Part shown: positions 56,171 through 64,000 of the stretch, one piece after another
Layout of the letters: each line of letters opens with the position of its first letter
How positions within the stretch are numbered: position 1 is the stretch's first letter
Source: a virus
Length of the DNA: 64,000 nt
Direction: 5' to 3' (one strand)
Virus record (IMG/VR): IMGVR_UViG_3300044712_000688
Coordinates: 72,299-136,298 of that record
Notes under the pieces: generated by a model
Told to the model about the DNA's origin: nothing
The model's database searches: none
The model's input: the letters and a program-made list of their open reading frames with translations, nothing else
Position numbers and translations under genes: made by a program

Positions 56171-56898
56171 TAGGCAAACTTATTACCCTTTTCCCACTCA
56201 GACTTTTGTTCGGCCTGAGCCTTACGAACTTCCTTGATCTCTTCTTCCCAAGCTGCCTTCTTCTCGTCAGAGTAGACTGCATCGGCAAAGTCCCAGAAAG
56301 AAACCATGGTGTAGCGAGTTCCTTCGGTGATCTCTTTAACTCCGTGAATGTTCTCGATTCCGCCTGGGAAGCAGATGTAAGAATAAGCGGCTGGCTTAAA
56401 TTCGATGTTGTGATCTGGGAAGTATAGCTCTCCACCATCATAGTTGTCATTCAAGTACAGAATTCCAACATACTTATTGATTTCAAAGGCATTAGGGTGG
56501 CCATCAAAATCCGAGTTGTCTGAGTGCGGAGCTGCAAACCCGCCGACATCCCATTTCTGAGCGTGTGATGTATTTGCTACAACTTCACGATCAAACACAA
56601 TCTCAATTGCTTCTTGAAATTTCTTTCTCAGGGTTTCGAAGAACATTGGGGGTAGATTATGGTCGGCTAGTCTAGGGTCGTCTGGTTGAATTCCCATGCC
56701 AGATGATCCGTAGAAAGCAATGTCTCCCCACTGGGATGAGTATGACTCTACATAATCAATGATTGACTTAGCTGTGTCTGGGGTGACAAAATCTTTAATC
56801 TCTACGATTTTGTTTTGAGGAATGCCGAGCTCGCCTAGAGAATTTGGTTCATCCTTATAGACAATGAATTCAGCTGGGTCTATGTTGTCAATAATCAT
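56170..56898 (-). CDS. 2OG-Fe(II) oxygenase (prolyl-4-hydroxylase-like)
   Basis: HSD...YLNDNYDGGEL...IHGV...GTRY. Confidence 0.9.
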   Translation of the reverse strand: MIIDNIDPAEFIVYKDEPNSLGELGIPQNKIVEIKDFVTPDTAKSIIDYVESYSSQWGDIAFYGSSGMGIQPDDPRLADHNLPPMFFETLRKKFQEAIEIVFDREVVANTSHAQKWDVGGFAAPHSDNSDFDGHPNAFEINKYVGILYLNDNYDGGELYFPDHNIEFKPAAYSYICFPGGIENIHGVKEITEGTRYTMVSFWDFADAVYSDEKKAAWEEEIKEVRKAQAEQKSEWEKGNKFA

Positions 56899-56948
56899 TT
56901 GTGATTAGTGCCTTTCAAGTTATGCGTTTAGAGTCTTGCCAGTTCTTA

Positions 56949-57632
56949 TTAATTGTCGCTCTGGCTTTCGTGAGAAAGAATGGTCCAGAAAAACGGAACT
57001 GTGTAACGAATTCCAGAGGTGATTTGCGTTACGCCATGGATGTACTCCATGTCGCCTGGGAAGAAGTATGCAGCTCCGGCCTTTGGCTTGAACTGAATGC
57101 CTTGATTAGGGAAATAGAGCTCTCCACCTTCATAATCATCATTTAGGTAGAAAAGCCCTGCGATATCGTAGTAAGGAAAATCATTAGGCTTTCCTCGGTT
57201 CTCGCCTTCGTGCAACTCTTTATCTGCATGTGGCATCTGAAGTTGCCCAGGTAGCCATCGAACTAGTGCTGGAGAGGTTGGAGCGGCGTCCACTTTAAAG
57301 AACGCATCTACTTCCTTCTTTAGCCTAGCCACCATTCCGCTAATTATTTCTGGAATGTGAGGATCTACTGCCCTGATTGTGTCATAAGTTGCTACTCGAT
57401 CTTTCCAGTACTCTGAGTCATAGATTACTGTACCCTCTTCGTTGTAGTGGGTTTCGGTAACATCCCACGAGGTGTTTGACCTAATGAACTTATTAAGAGC
57501 CTCTAGCTCTTCTGATGTCATAAAGTTTTCTCGAGCTTGAATGTTGGAAGGGTCATTTCCAAAAAAGCCCGAAGGAGTTATTGACATTCTATTTTCGAGT
57601 CTAGAGTTCGAGTAGTCTTCTGAGGGTTGCAT
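56949..57632 (-). CDS. 2OG-Fe(II) oxygenase (prolyl-4-hydroxylase-like)
   Basis: HAD...YLNDDYEGGEL...IHGV...GIRY. Confidence 0.9.
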   Translation of the reverse strand: MQPSEDYSNSRLENRMSITPSGFFGNDPSNIQARENFMTSEELEALNKFIRSNTSWDVTETHYNEEGTVIYDSEYWKDRVATYDTIRAVDPHIPEIISGMVARLKKEVDAFFKVDAAPTSPALVRWLPGQLQMPHADKELHEGENRGKPNDFPYYDIAGLFYLNDDYEGGELYFPNQGIQFKPKAGAAYFFPGDMEYIHGVTQITSGIRYTVPFFWTILSHESQSDN

Positions 57633-57644
57633 ATATCTATCCTA

Positions 57645-58376
57645 TCATTCGTAGATTCGTCGAGTCCAGACTTCCTTTTGGTATACGCCACCATCTGGTA
57701 CTCGGTACTTCTTGCTATTTTCGTTGTTGTCAATTGCCATCTTCATATATGGAACTTTGGCGTCAACCTCTGACTCCCAGTCCTCGCGCTTAAAAGGTAA
57801 CATTTGAGCATATGGGGTTCCGGCTGGCAGTACTCCAGTGAATCCCTTAACAATAAAGAACGGCATTGTGCCTGGAAGGGTTACCTTGTCATTGTCAATG
57901 ATTCCGCTTGTTGTTAGAAATGGCAGTTCAAAGCGATTGAATGGCTGGGTATAGAGGACACTGTATCCATCTGGTACTTGGACTGCCCAGTCCGACCACC
58001 AAGCAAAATGAACTTCGTGGTAGCCCATCGGGGCCTTGAACTGAGGCATCGGTGGCCTGTTTTGGATGAAGTCTTTATTTTGTGGATCAAGAACCTTGGC
58101 CTTGATTACGCCGTTTTCTTCATAAAATTCAATATCGCATGGGGTGCGGTAGACATATCCTGTTCCCATGATGTCAAAAACTGCTGGGCAAGCCTTCCAT
58201 GTTGGGATCTTTCCTCCAACAAAAGGATCTTTCCAGTACTCGCCGTCTGGTTTCATAGCAAAACGATCTGCCTTGCGATACCACTCCGGGATAGTCTTAA
58301 TTGTTGGCTTTGGAGTAGAGGGGCTATCTTCCGTAAGCCATGGTCGGTTCTTAATAAATTTAATCAGTTGTTTCAA
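57645..58376 (-). CDS. DUF6065-like protein
   Basis: WKACPAVFD...GY...PDGYSVLYTQPFNR...SGIIDND...PAGTPYAQMLPFKRE. Confidence 0.6.
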   Translation of the reverse strand: MKQLIKFIKNRPWLTEDSPSTPKPTIKTIPEWYRKADRFAMKPDGEYWKDPFVGGKIPTWKACPAVFDIMGTGYVYRTPCDIEFYEENGVIKAKVLDPQNKDFIQNRPPMPQFKAPMGYHEVHFAWWSDWAVQVPDGYSVLYTQPFNRFELPFLTTSGIIDNDKVTLPGTMPFFIVKGFTGVLPAGTPYAQMLPFKREDWESEVDAKVPYMKMAIDNNENSKKYRVPDGGVYQKEVWTRRIYE

Positions 58377-59094
58377 TCGTCATTCCTGTCACTGGGCATT
58401 TAATAGTTTTAAGCCTAATGTTCTTTGATTCGTGCTGTCCCATGGATGAGCCGTCATAGTTAACTGCATCACGATACATCTTTGACCAATCACCCGTAGA
58501 GTTCTTTGCTTCTGCGGCTTCTCCGTACTTTCTCAGCTCTTCCCAATATTCGGTAGGTAGGTTGCCTTCGGTGATTTCCATTTGGTAGTCCGATTGCAAA
58601 CTACCTAGTGATACAGGCAGTACAGCAGCTACAGGGGTTCCTGCTGGTATAAAGATTTCTTTATTTGGTTCTGTAATCTTTATAGCTAGCGGAAACTCTC
58701 CTTTATAAAAAGATGTGCTTAGCAGTGTAGTAAACGCCTGAGTGCCTCTAATAAATTGATTTGGAACTGGCATTGTCAGCATGGTCACATCGGCATCTGT
58801 TGAAAACACTAGCCCAGTCTGAAAACTCAGAGTTCCGTGTGCCCGTCCGGTGTAGACGAACTCTTCACCCTCAAGTATCGTGACATGGTGTCCTTCGGAG
58901 TTTTCTACGCCGTCCCAGATTGCCCTGACATCTTTGCTGAAGGATATCCCCCAGCCGAGCCCATTCGTTAGGGTCATAGGAAAACACATATAGGCATGCT
59001 TGCCTGAAGTGTTGTCCATCCAGTCGCGAGTAGCACGTAGTTGCTCAATTTGAGCTGCTTCTTCGTGTAACCTCTGGACTCGTATTGTCTTCAC
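58360..59094 (-). CDS. DUF6065-like protein
   Basis: RDWMD...HAYMCFPMTLTNGLGW...PAGTPVAAVLP. Confidence 0.7.
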   Translation of the reverse strand: MKTIRVQRLHEEAAQIEQLRATRDWMDNTSGKHAYMCFPMTLTNGLGWGISFSKDVRAIWDGVENSEGHHVTILEGEEFVYTGRAHGTLSFQTGLVFSTDADVTMLTMPVPNQFIRGTQAFTTLLSTSFYKGEFPLAIKITEPNKEIFIPAGTPVAAVLPVSLGSLQSDYQMEITEGNLPTEYWEELRKYGEAAEAKNSTGDWSKMYRDAVNYDGSSMGQHESKNIRLKTIKCPVTGMTIETTD

Positions 59095-59843
59095 TAGTCA
59101 CCAGTTTCGACAATAAATTGAGGGCGGTGAAACTTTTCCGAATAGTCAAGCATCGTGACCATCGAGTGCTTGGTGCCAGACAAGACTGGCATTGCACGGT
59201 GCGGATACATGTAGTTAGACGGGAAGATATATAGATCTCCAGCCTTAGGCTTTACAGTCAAATTCTGCAACCTAAAGTACAGTTCTCCACCCTCATAGTC
59301 GTCATTAGGGAATGCAACTAGTGAAGTGACGCAGTTGTATGAGAATCCGTGATCGTGGTGTTCTTGGAAGTGCTGACCTGGACCGTACTTAATAAAGTTG
59401 GTTGCTTCCCAGTAGCGAAGCTCGCCAATGTTGTAGGTCTTTGTATAGTGCTTCACAGCCTGAAGCTGGCGATAGTGTGTATCTTCCCAGAGCTGGACAA
59501 GCTTCTGAGCTGCTTCCGATGTGTCGTGCTGGATGTCAGTCTTCTTGTACTTGAAGTCAACGCAGTCGCGATATTCTGGCATCTTGACGCCATACCCGAC
59601 AAGGGCTTCTTCATAGTGATACTTGTTATTTGGGTCTAAAAGAACTTCTTCTAGTCGCTGGATAACATTCAGATCAGTCGGAATTACGTCCCTGTATACC
59701 CAGATACCAGAGGCTGGAATTACTTCTTCTGCCGTAGTCCAAGTCTTCTCTTGAATTTCGTACCACTTAGATAGCCTTAGGTTGTGGTCCGTAATGTCTT
59801 GCATCATTTTCTCTGTAGGCTTTCCTACGTGATTGCTCTGCAT
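59094..59843 (-). CDS. 2OG-Fe(II) oxygenase
   Basis: HHD...NDDYEGGEL...KPKAGD...YPH...GTKH. Confidence 0.9.
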   Translation of the reverse strand: MQSNHVGKPTEKMMQDITDHNLRLSKWYEIQEKTWTTAEEVIPASGIWVYRDVIPTDLNVIQRLEEVLLDPNNKYHYEEALVGYGVKMPEYRDCVDFKYKKTDIQHDTSEAAQKLVQLWEDTHYRQLQAVKHYTKTYNIGELRYWEATNFIKYGPGQHFQEHHDHGFSYNCVTSLVAFPNDDYEGGELYFRLQNLTVKPKAGDLYIFPSNYMYPHRAMPVLSGTKHSMVTMLDYSEKFHRPQFIVETGD

Positions 59844-59852
59844 TGTTCTTTC

Positions 59853-60596
59853 CTAATACTTCAGCTTGTACTCTTGAATAATTGGGGAAACCTTGTGATT
59901 TACATCACCACGGTCATTGTAGTCAGTCATGATAACAACGGCATACTTTGTTCCAGAAATCATATCCTGTGAAGCGTGCTCATAGATGTAGGTTGATGGG
60001 AACACGACTACGTCTCCAGCCTTTGGCTTAATAGATAGTCCATCCATTCGCGGGAACCAGATTTCTCCACCCTCGTAGTCGTCATTCAAATACACAACTA
60101 CTGAGACAGTGCACACATATGTAGGGCCGTGGTCAGCGTGAACCTTGAAGTGAGTTCCTGATCCTTCGTACTTTACAAAGTTAAAAGCCTCGTATGAGCA
60201 GATTCCTACCCCCCAGTACCGACCGTAGTCATCTACACACTGGCGAACCGCCTGGAACACTGCTTCGTGTACGTCATACAGCTCAGCATTGTGTTCGTTG
60301 CGCGGTCCTAGTCCGGTAGAGTTGATCTTAAAGTCTTGTGCATTTCTGGCACTAACATCTACTTCGGCAGAAGAAGTTACCTTTGCTCCCTGCCAGCGGT
60401 ATCTGCCAGTACCATCTAGATTTTTCTCGAGAGTTTCGATGTAGTGCTTGCCCTGTTCTTTGGTAATCGCACCACTGTAGACGTTGATTCCTAGGGCTGG
60501 ATTTGCTACGGTGATAGCTGGATTCGTAGTAGCCTGTCGATCAGGCATACGATGCGCTGAGGTCTCTGACCTGTCTTTAGTAAACCAATCATTCAT
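59853..60596 (-). CDS. 2OG-Fe(II) oxygenase
   Basis: HAD...YLNDDYEGGEI...YEH...GTKY; ATG 60596 follows AAAGG. Confidence 0.9.
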   Translation of the reverse strand: MNDWFTKDRSETSAHRMPDRQATTNPAITVANPALGINVYSGAITKEQGKHYIETLEKNLDGTGRYRWQGAKVTSSAEVDVSARNAQDFKINSTGLGPRNEHNAELYDVHEAVFQAVRQCVDDYGRYWGVGICSYEAFNFVKYEGSGTHFKVHADHGPTYVCTVSVVVYLNDDYEGGEIWFPRMDGLSIKPKAGDVVVFPSTYIYEHASQDMISGTKYAVVIMTDYNDRGDVNHKVSPIIQEYKLKY

Positions 60597-60628
60597 GCCT
60601 TTAGTATACATACGAATATGTAAAAATG

Positions 60629-61408
60629 CTAGATTATTGGCACGTATCCTTCGATATTTTTAGGGAAATCTAGGGGTGGAGAATAGCATTCTGGGCAGTC
60701 AACACACTCCCTATTTTTGGCTGGCAAACCCTCGAAGGAGATAGGTTTTCCGGTTGCTTCATAGAACCGTATTTCAGCGTCGTGCGTGTACTCTTTGGCT
60801 AATACTCTAAACGAATCCTTATCTACTGTATTGCTGTCTAGGTCGTAAGCCCAGTCGCCTGGCTTTGCATAGATTGCAAAAAACACAATGATGTAGGCAT
60901 CGTCATCTGCCTCTGGTGGGTATGGAGGTCTGCCATGTATATGTTGCTGTCCATTGAAGAAAACTGCAGAGTTCTCTTCCTCGCTGTAGACAGTTCCCTC
61001 TATTTCTACTCCCCAGTCGGAAATTCCACTTTTTACAACACATAGATCCATTAAATACTGGCTAGATGTGTCATCTAGGTGCCTCCACAAGTAGGGAACT
61101 GTGTCCCCTTGTTTTTGGTACCTAGCTGCAAAAATAAAATTTTGCTTTAGATTAGGTTCTTTCCATGATTCTTTAGCTATGGACAGGAGCTCTTCTTCAA
61201 TAAATTTTGGAATCTCTGGGTTGCATGTCCATCTACCCGAAATTGTGTGGTACTTAGCTTCCGACCCTGGCCCCCAAGGGTAGGCCGTGAGTATCTCCTT
61301 TAAAGTATTGAAACTTCTCTCGGATAATACGTTGTTCTTCTTAAACGGCTTATAGGGAGCAGGCAAAGGCCACTTTATGTTGGGACTGTTGTCTGCATAA
61401 AGTGGCAC
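60629..61408 (-). CDS. Divergent 2OG-Fe(II) oxygenase with C-terminal Cys motif
   Basis: RHLDD...FFNGQQHIHGR (HxD...H.R); CVDCPEC tail. Start placed at GTG 61408, just after the FN3 gene stop. Confidence 0.7.
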   Translation of the reverse strand: MPLYADNSPNIKWPLPAPYKPFKKNNVLSERSFNTLKEILTAYPWGPGSEAKYHTISGRWTCNPEIPKFIEEELLSIAKESWKEPNLKQNFIFAARYQKQGDTVPYLWRHLDDTSSQYLMDLCVVKSGISDWGVEIEGTVYSEEENSAVFFNGQQHIHGRPPYPPEADDDAYIIVFFAIYAKPGDWAYDLDSNTVDKDSFRVLAKEYTHDAEIRFYEATGKPISFEGLPAKNRECVDCPECYSPPLDFPKNIEGYVPII

Positions 61409-61433
61409 TTTGCTACTACCTAATTCTCCGTTC

Positions 61434-62219
61434 TTAGAGAATTCGCATGAACCTCGGTGGGAAGAACGGTGGGAAGAACGGGAAGAACGGGAAGAACGGT
61501 GGGAAGAACGGGAAGAACGGGAAGAACGGGAAGAACGGTGGGAAGAACGGGAAGAACGGGAAGAATGGGAAATAAGGGAAGAATGGTGGGAAGAACGGTG
61601 GAGTGGTGTTGCTTGTGGAATAACTAGACCACTCTGAAAGACCATTAGCATTCTGAGCACGAACTCTATACTGCTGAGCAGTGTCTGCTTCTTGAGTTAC
61701 GTTTACAGATGTACTAGCTGTAGAGCCTGACTTTGAGTCAGTACTTTCCCATGAGTATGATGAGATTGCAAGACCACCATTAGCTGGTGCTGTCCATGAG
61801 ACGTAGTCAGTTTGGTCGTTAGAGAAGTTCTGTACTGTTGGCGCACTAGGAGTAGCTGGAACTGTATCAATAGCTACTGGAGATGATTCAGTAGATAGTG
61901 CCGAGGTTCCAGCTGCGTTAGTTGCAGATACTTTAAAAGTATATGAAGTTGCAGAATCTAGACCGCCAACCACTATTGGAGAAGATGCTCCTGTTAAGTT
62001 TGTTGCAGTTGTATCCTCTACCCCGCCTTTGTATGCAACTACAGTAAACGAAGTGGCAGAAGGAGAGTCGGCAGGTAGTCCAAAGGCAACGCTAGCAGCA
62101 CCATCATTGAAGGCGCGGTTAGTTCCGACATCAGTAGCTACGACGTTTATAGGAGCTTTTGGCTCTAGGAAGTCATTCGACGCCTGAGACTTTTTACCAG
62201 CTCTTTTATTTACTGCCAT
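61434..62219 (-). CDS. Tandem FN3 protein with C-terminal Pro/Phe low-complexity tail
   Basis: Two FN3 repeats (YTFKVSATNAAGTS; YRVRAQNANGLSEWS), then 49 residues of only P, F and one Y. Confidence 0.85.
   Translation of the reverse strand: MAVNKRAGKKSQASNDFLEPKAPINVVATDVGTNRAFNDGAASVAFGLPADSPSATSFTVVAYKGGVEDTTATNLTGASSPIVVGGLDSATSYTFKVSATNAAGTSALSTESSPVAIDTVPATPSAPTVQNFSNDQTDYVSWTAPANGGLAISSYSWESTDSKSGSTASTSVNVTQEADTAQQYRVRAQNANGLSEWSSYSTSNTTPPFFPPFFPYFPFFPFFPFFPPFFPFFPFFPFFPPFFPFFPFFPPFFPPRFMRIL
61455..61601 (-). repeat. Mixed 9/12-bp coding tandem repeat (CCGTTCTTC / CCACCGTTCTTC) encoding (PFF/PPFF)n
   Basis: GGGAAGAAC and GGTGGGAAGAAC units directly visible on the + strand. Confidence 0.95.
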
Positions 62220-62239
62220 TTACGTACTCTCCTCTAAAA

Positions 62240-64000
62240 TTAGGCTGTTAGATCTCCATAAACAACCCAAGTATTTGCTGCTCTCTTGAATAGTGTAGCC
62301 GATGACCACCGAGTACGTAGTTTAAGACCCGGGGTTGCATTCACTGTAACTCCACCAGCACCAGCAATTGTTACCTGACCTGTGTTGGTCTGTAGAACGT
62401 CAATTGATGTTCCGACTGGGAAATTGAAGGTTGAATCGGTTGGAATTGTAAGGGTGATTGCTGAAGTCGAAGACATCTCAATTAGGTCATCTCTTTCAAT
62501 ACCAGTCAGCGTGTATGACGATGTCTGCTGAATAATCACTGTGCGAGATGGAACACCCTCTAAAGTTTGAGTACCGTCAGAGAAGGCAACACCGCTCGAG
62601 GATACTGTAACCAAACCAGTGAAAGTAGGGGCTGCAATAGGTGCTTTAGCATCTAGCTGAGTCTGAATTGCACTGGTAACTCCAGACACGTAGCCTAACT
62701 CTGTGGAGGTTACGGCTGATACTGCAACCTTACCTGAGCTGTTTGAAGTGAGTGCACGAGATGCAGTCAGATCTGATCCAGTGATGGTAGTAGCTGCACC
62801 AGTGACAGTTGCCTGCTTGCCATCAATCTGGGTCTGAATTGCGCTGGTAACTCCAGATATATAGCCCAGCTCTGTAGCGGTTACAGAAGACGCAGCTATT
62901 TTCCCAGTTCCATTGCTTAATACAGCTCGGTCTGCGGTCAGGTTAGAAGAGACTACAGTTGATGCGGCCCCGGTAATGGTGGCCTGCTTATTATCTAGCT
63001 GAGTCTGAACTGGGCTAGTTACACCATCTAGATAACCAATTTCGGTGCCAGATACGCTACCAATTGATGTTGTGGATGGTAGAACAACGTTTCCTGTGAA
63101 AGTTGGACCAGATAAGTTAGCAATCAGGGTTTCGTCTACAGCGAGTGTTCCACCAGTCTTGGTTAAACCATAGCCAGCAGTAATTGCCTGGGCAGCATTG
63201 AACTGTGTGTATGTAACGTTGTCAGTACCAATTGCTACTGAACCCGTGTTAGCTAGAATAAATCCAGTGTTTGCATAGGTGTTTCCACCTGTTACAAAGC
63301 AGAAGTCTCCACCAGCCAGTTCCCCGGATGGGTTGTTGTCGGCGTCCGTTGCACGAGTGATCTGCCAAGGAGCTGATCCACTACCTACTGCAGTAACTGT
63401 ATAGATACCATTTTCCTTGGCATCTGTCTGTGCGCGAACAAGGATTCTAGATCCAACAGTTACCGTTGCACCATCAATAGTTCCGATAGAGCCGTTAGAT
63501 GCCTTTGTTAGGGTAGCGCCAAAACCGTTTGTTCCATTGTTATATGTTCCAGCTAGGTTACCTGCAGTTGCTGCAACTACTGGCTGGTGGAAGTTAATTC
63601 CAGCAGATACTCCATCAACATAGGCCTTAGTAGCCGCGTGTAGATCGGAAGTTGGTCCAGCGTGAAGTGTCAAGGCTCCTGTTAAGGTTCCGCCCGATAA
63701 TGGAAGCTTTGCATCCAGCTGGTCTTGAATTGAGCTGGTAACGCCATCTACATAGTTAAGTTCTGCAGTAGATGCAGTCATCCCATCCAAAACATTTAGC
63801 TCGGAGGCTGAAGCAGTGATGTCGCTGATGTCTGCAGCCACAACAGTGATGTTGTTACTTGCAGTGTCAATGGTCTTGTTTGTTAGTGTCTGAGAACCAG
63901 AGTTAGTTGTGACGGTAGAGTCATCTATCTGTAATTTATTACCAGTAAACATAAGACCGATGTCAGCATTTACAGAAAGTGCTCCTGTAGAGTCGTTATA
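62240..64000 (-). CDS. Long fibre / virion structural protein (5'-truncated by window)
   Basis: Frame open to the window edge; repeated TELGY[VI]SGVTSAIQTQ[LI]D segments; C-terminal VDVLQ-type domain (SIDVLQTNTGQVTI...LRTRWSSATLFK). Confidence 0.75.
   Translation of the reverse strand, partial: YNDSTGALSVNADIGLMFTGNKLQIDDSTVTTNSGSQTLTNKTIDTASNNITVVAADISDITASASELNVLDGMTASTAELNYVDGVTSSIQDQLDAKLPLSGGTLTGALTLHAGPTSDLHAATKAYVDGVSAGINFHQPVVAATAGNLAGTYNNGTNGFGATLTKASNGSIGTIDGATVTVGSRILVRAQTDAKENGIYTVTAVGSGSAPWQITRATDADNNPSGELAGGDFCFVTGGNTYANTGFILANTGSVAIGTDNVTYTQFNAAQAITAGYGLTKTGGTLAVDETLIANLSGPTFTGNVVLPSTTSIGSVSGTEIGYLDGVTSPVQTQLDNKQATITGAASTVVSSNLTADRAVLSNGTGKIAASSVTATELGYISGVTSAIQTQIDGKQATVTGAATTITGSDLTASRALTSNSSGKVAVSAVTSTELGYVSGVTSAIQTQLDAKAPIAAPTFTGLVTVSSSGVAFSDGTQTLEGVPSRTVIIQQTSSYTLTGIERDDLIEMSSTSAITLTIPTDSTFNFPVGTSIDVLQTNTGQVTIAGAGGVTVNATPGLKLRTRWSSATLFKRAANTWVVYGDLTA

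Noticed and set aside
55571-61408. Oxygenases as TET/JBP base-modifying enzymes
   Set aside because: Motifs (YLNDDYEGGEL, KPKAG) match the P4H-like group rather than TET/JBP, and the genes lie with virion genes rather than replication genes.
61455-61601. Repeat as a CRISPR array or non-coding iteron
   Set aside because: Units are 9-12 bp, contiguous, without spacers, and in frame within a CDS.
61409-61660. Ser/Arg/His-rich N-terminal extension of the 60629..61660 ORF, and the antisense REEREERW ORF 61410..61637
   Set aside because: Both are alternative-frame readings of the PFF repeat. The FN3 frame is the coherent gene, and GTG 61408 gives a sensible oxygenase start.

Overview
64-kb segment of a tailed dsDNA (siphovirus-like) phage of Actinobacteria. 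The portal, protease, capsid, adaptor and tail proteins resemble my recollection of cluster-B-like actinophages, it encodes WhiB, and its gene content suggests a freshwater actinophage. Layout: + strand head and tail operon (1-32.7 kb), + strand replication/repair block (32.7-42.3 kb), - strand glycosyltransferase/phosphoesterase operon (42.3-46.5 kb), an isolated + strand primase-helicase (46.8-49.4 kb), and a - strand block of collagen-like fibres, six 2OG-Fe(II) oxygenases and FN3/fibre genes (49.4-64 kb). Main candidate new system: a ~1,800-aa acidic protein in the head operon is divided into modules by a repeated G-[F/L]-D-Q-x-x-G motif. It ends at a canonical -1 frameshift cassette (C_CCA_AAA plus a GC hairpin) that extends it into a start-less frame carrying two more motif copies and two tandem ArdC-like (ssDNA-binding plus HExxH zincin) units. 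This suggests a frameshift-tuned, proteolytically processed virion polyprotein carrying anti-defence cargo. A second motif, (L/I/V/F/M)-(V/I/T)-A-(S/A)-(G/A), recurs in the head proteins and looks like the prohead-protease site. Also notable: a 49-residue Pro/Phe-only tail upstream of the oxygenase cluster, Dps and a HiPIP-like domain inside the head operon, a structured capsid-gene leader, and a shared GGTAAAAT promoter motif. All family assignments come from motif recognition by eye; no searches were run.
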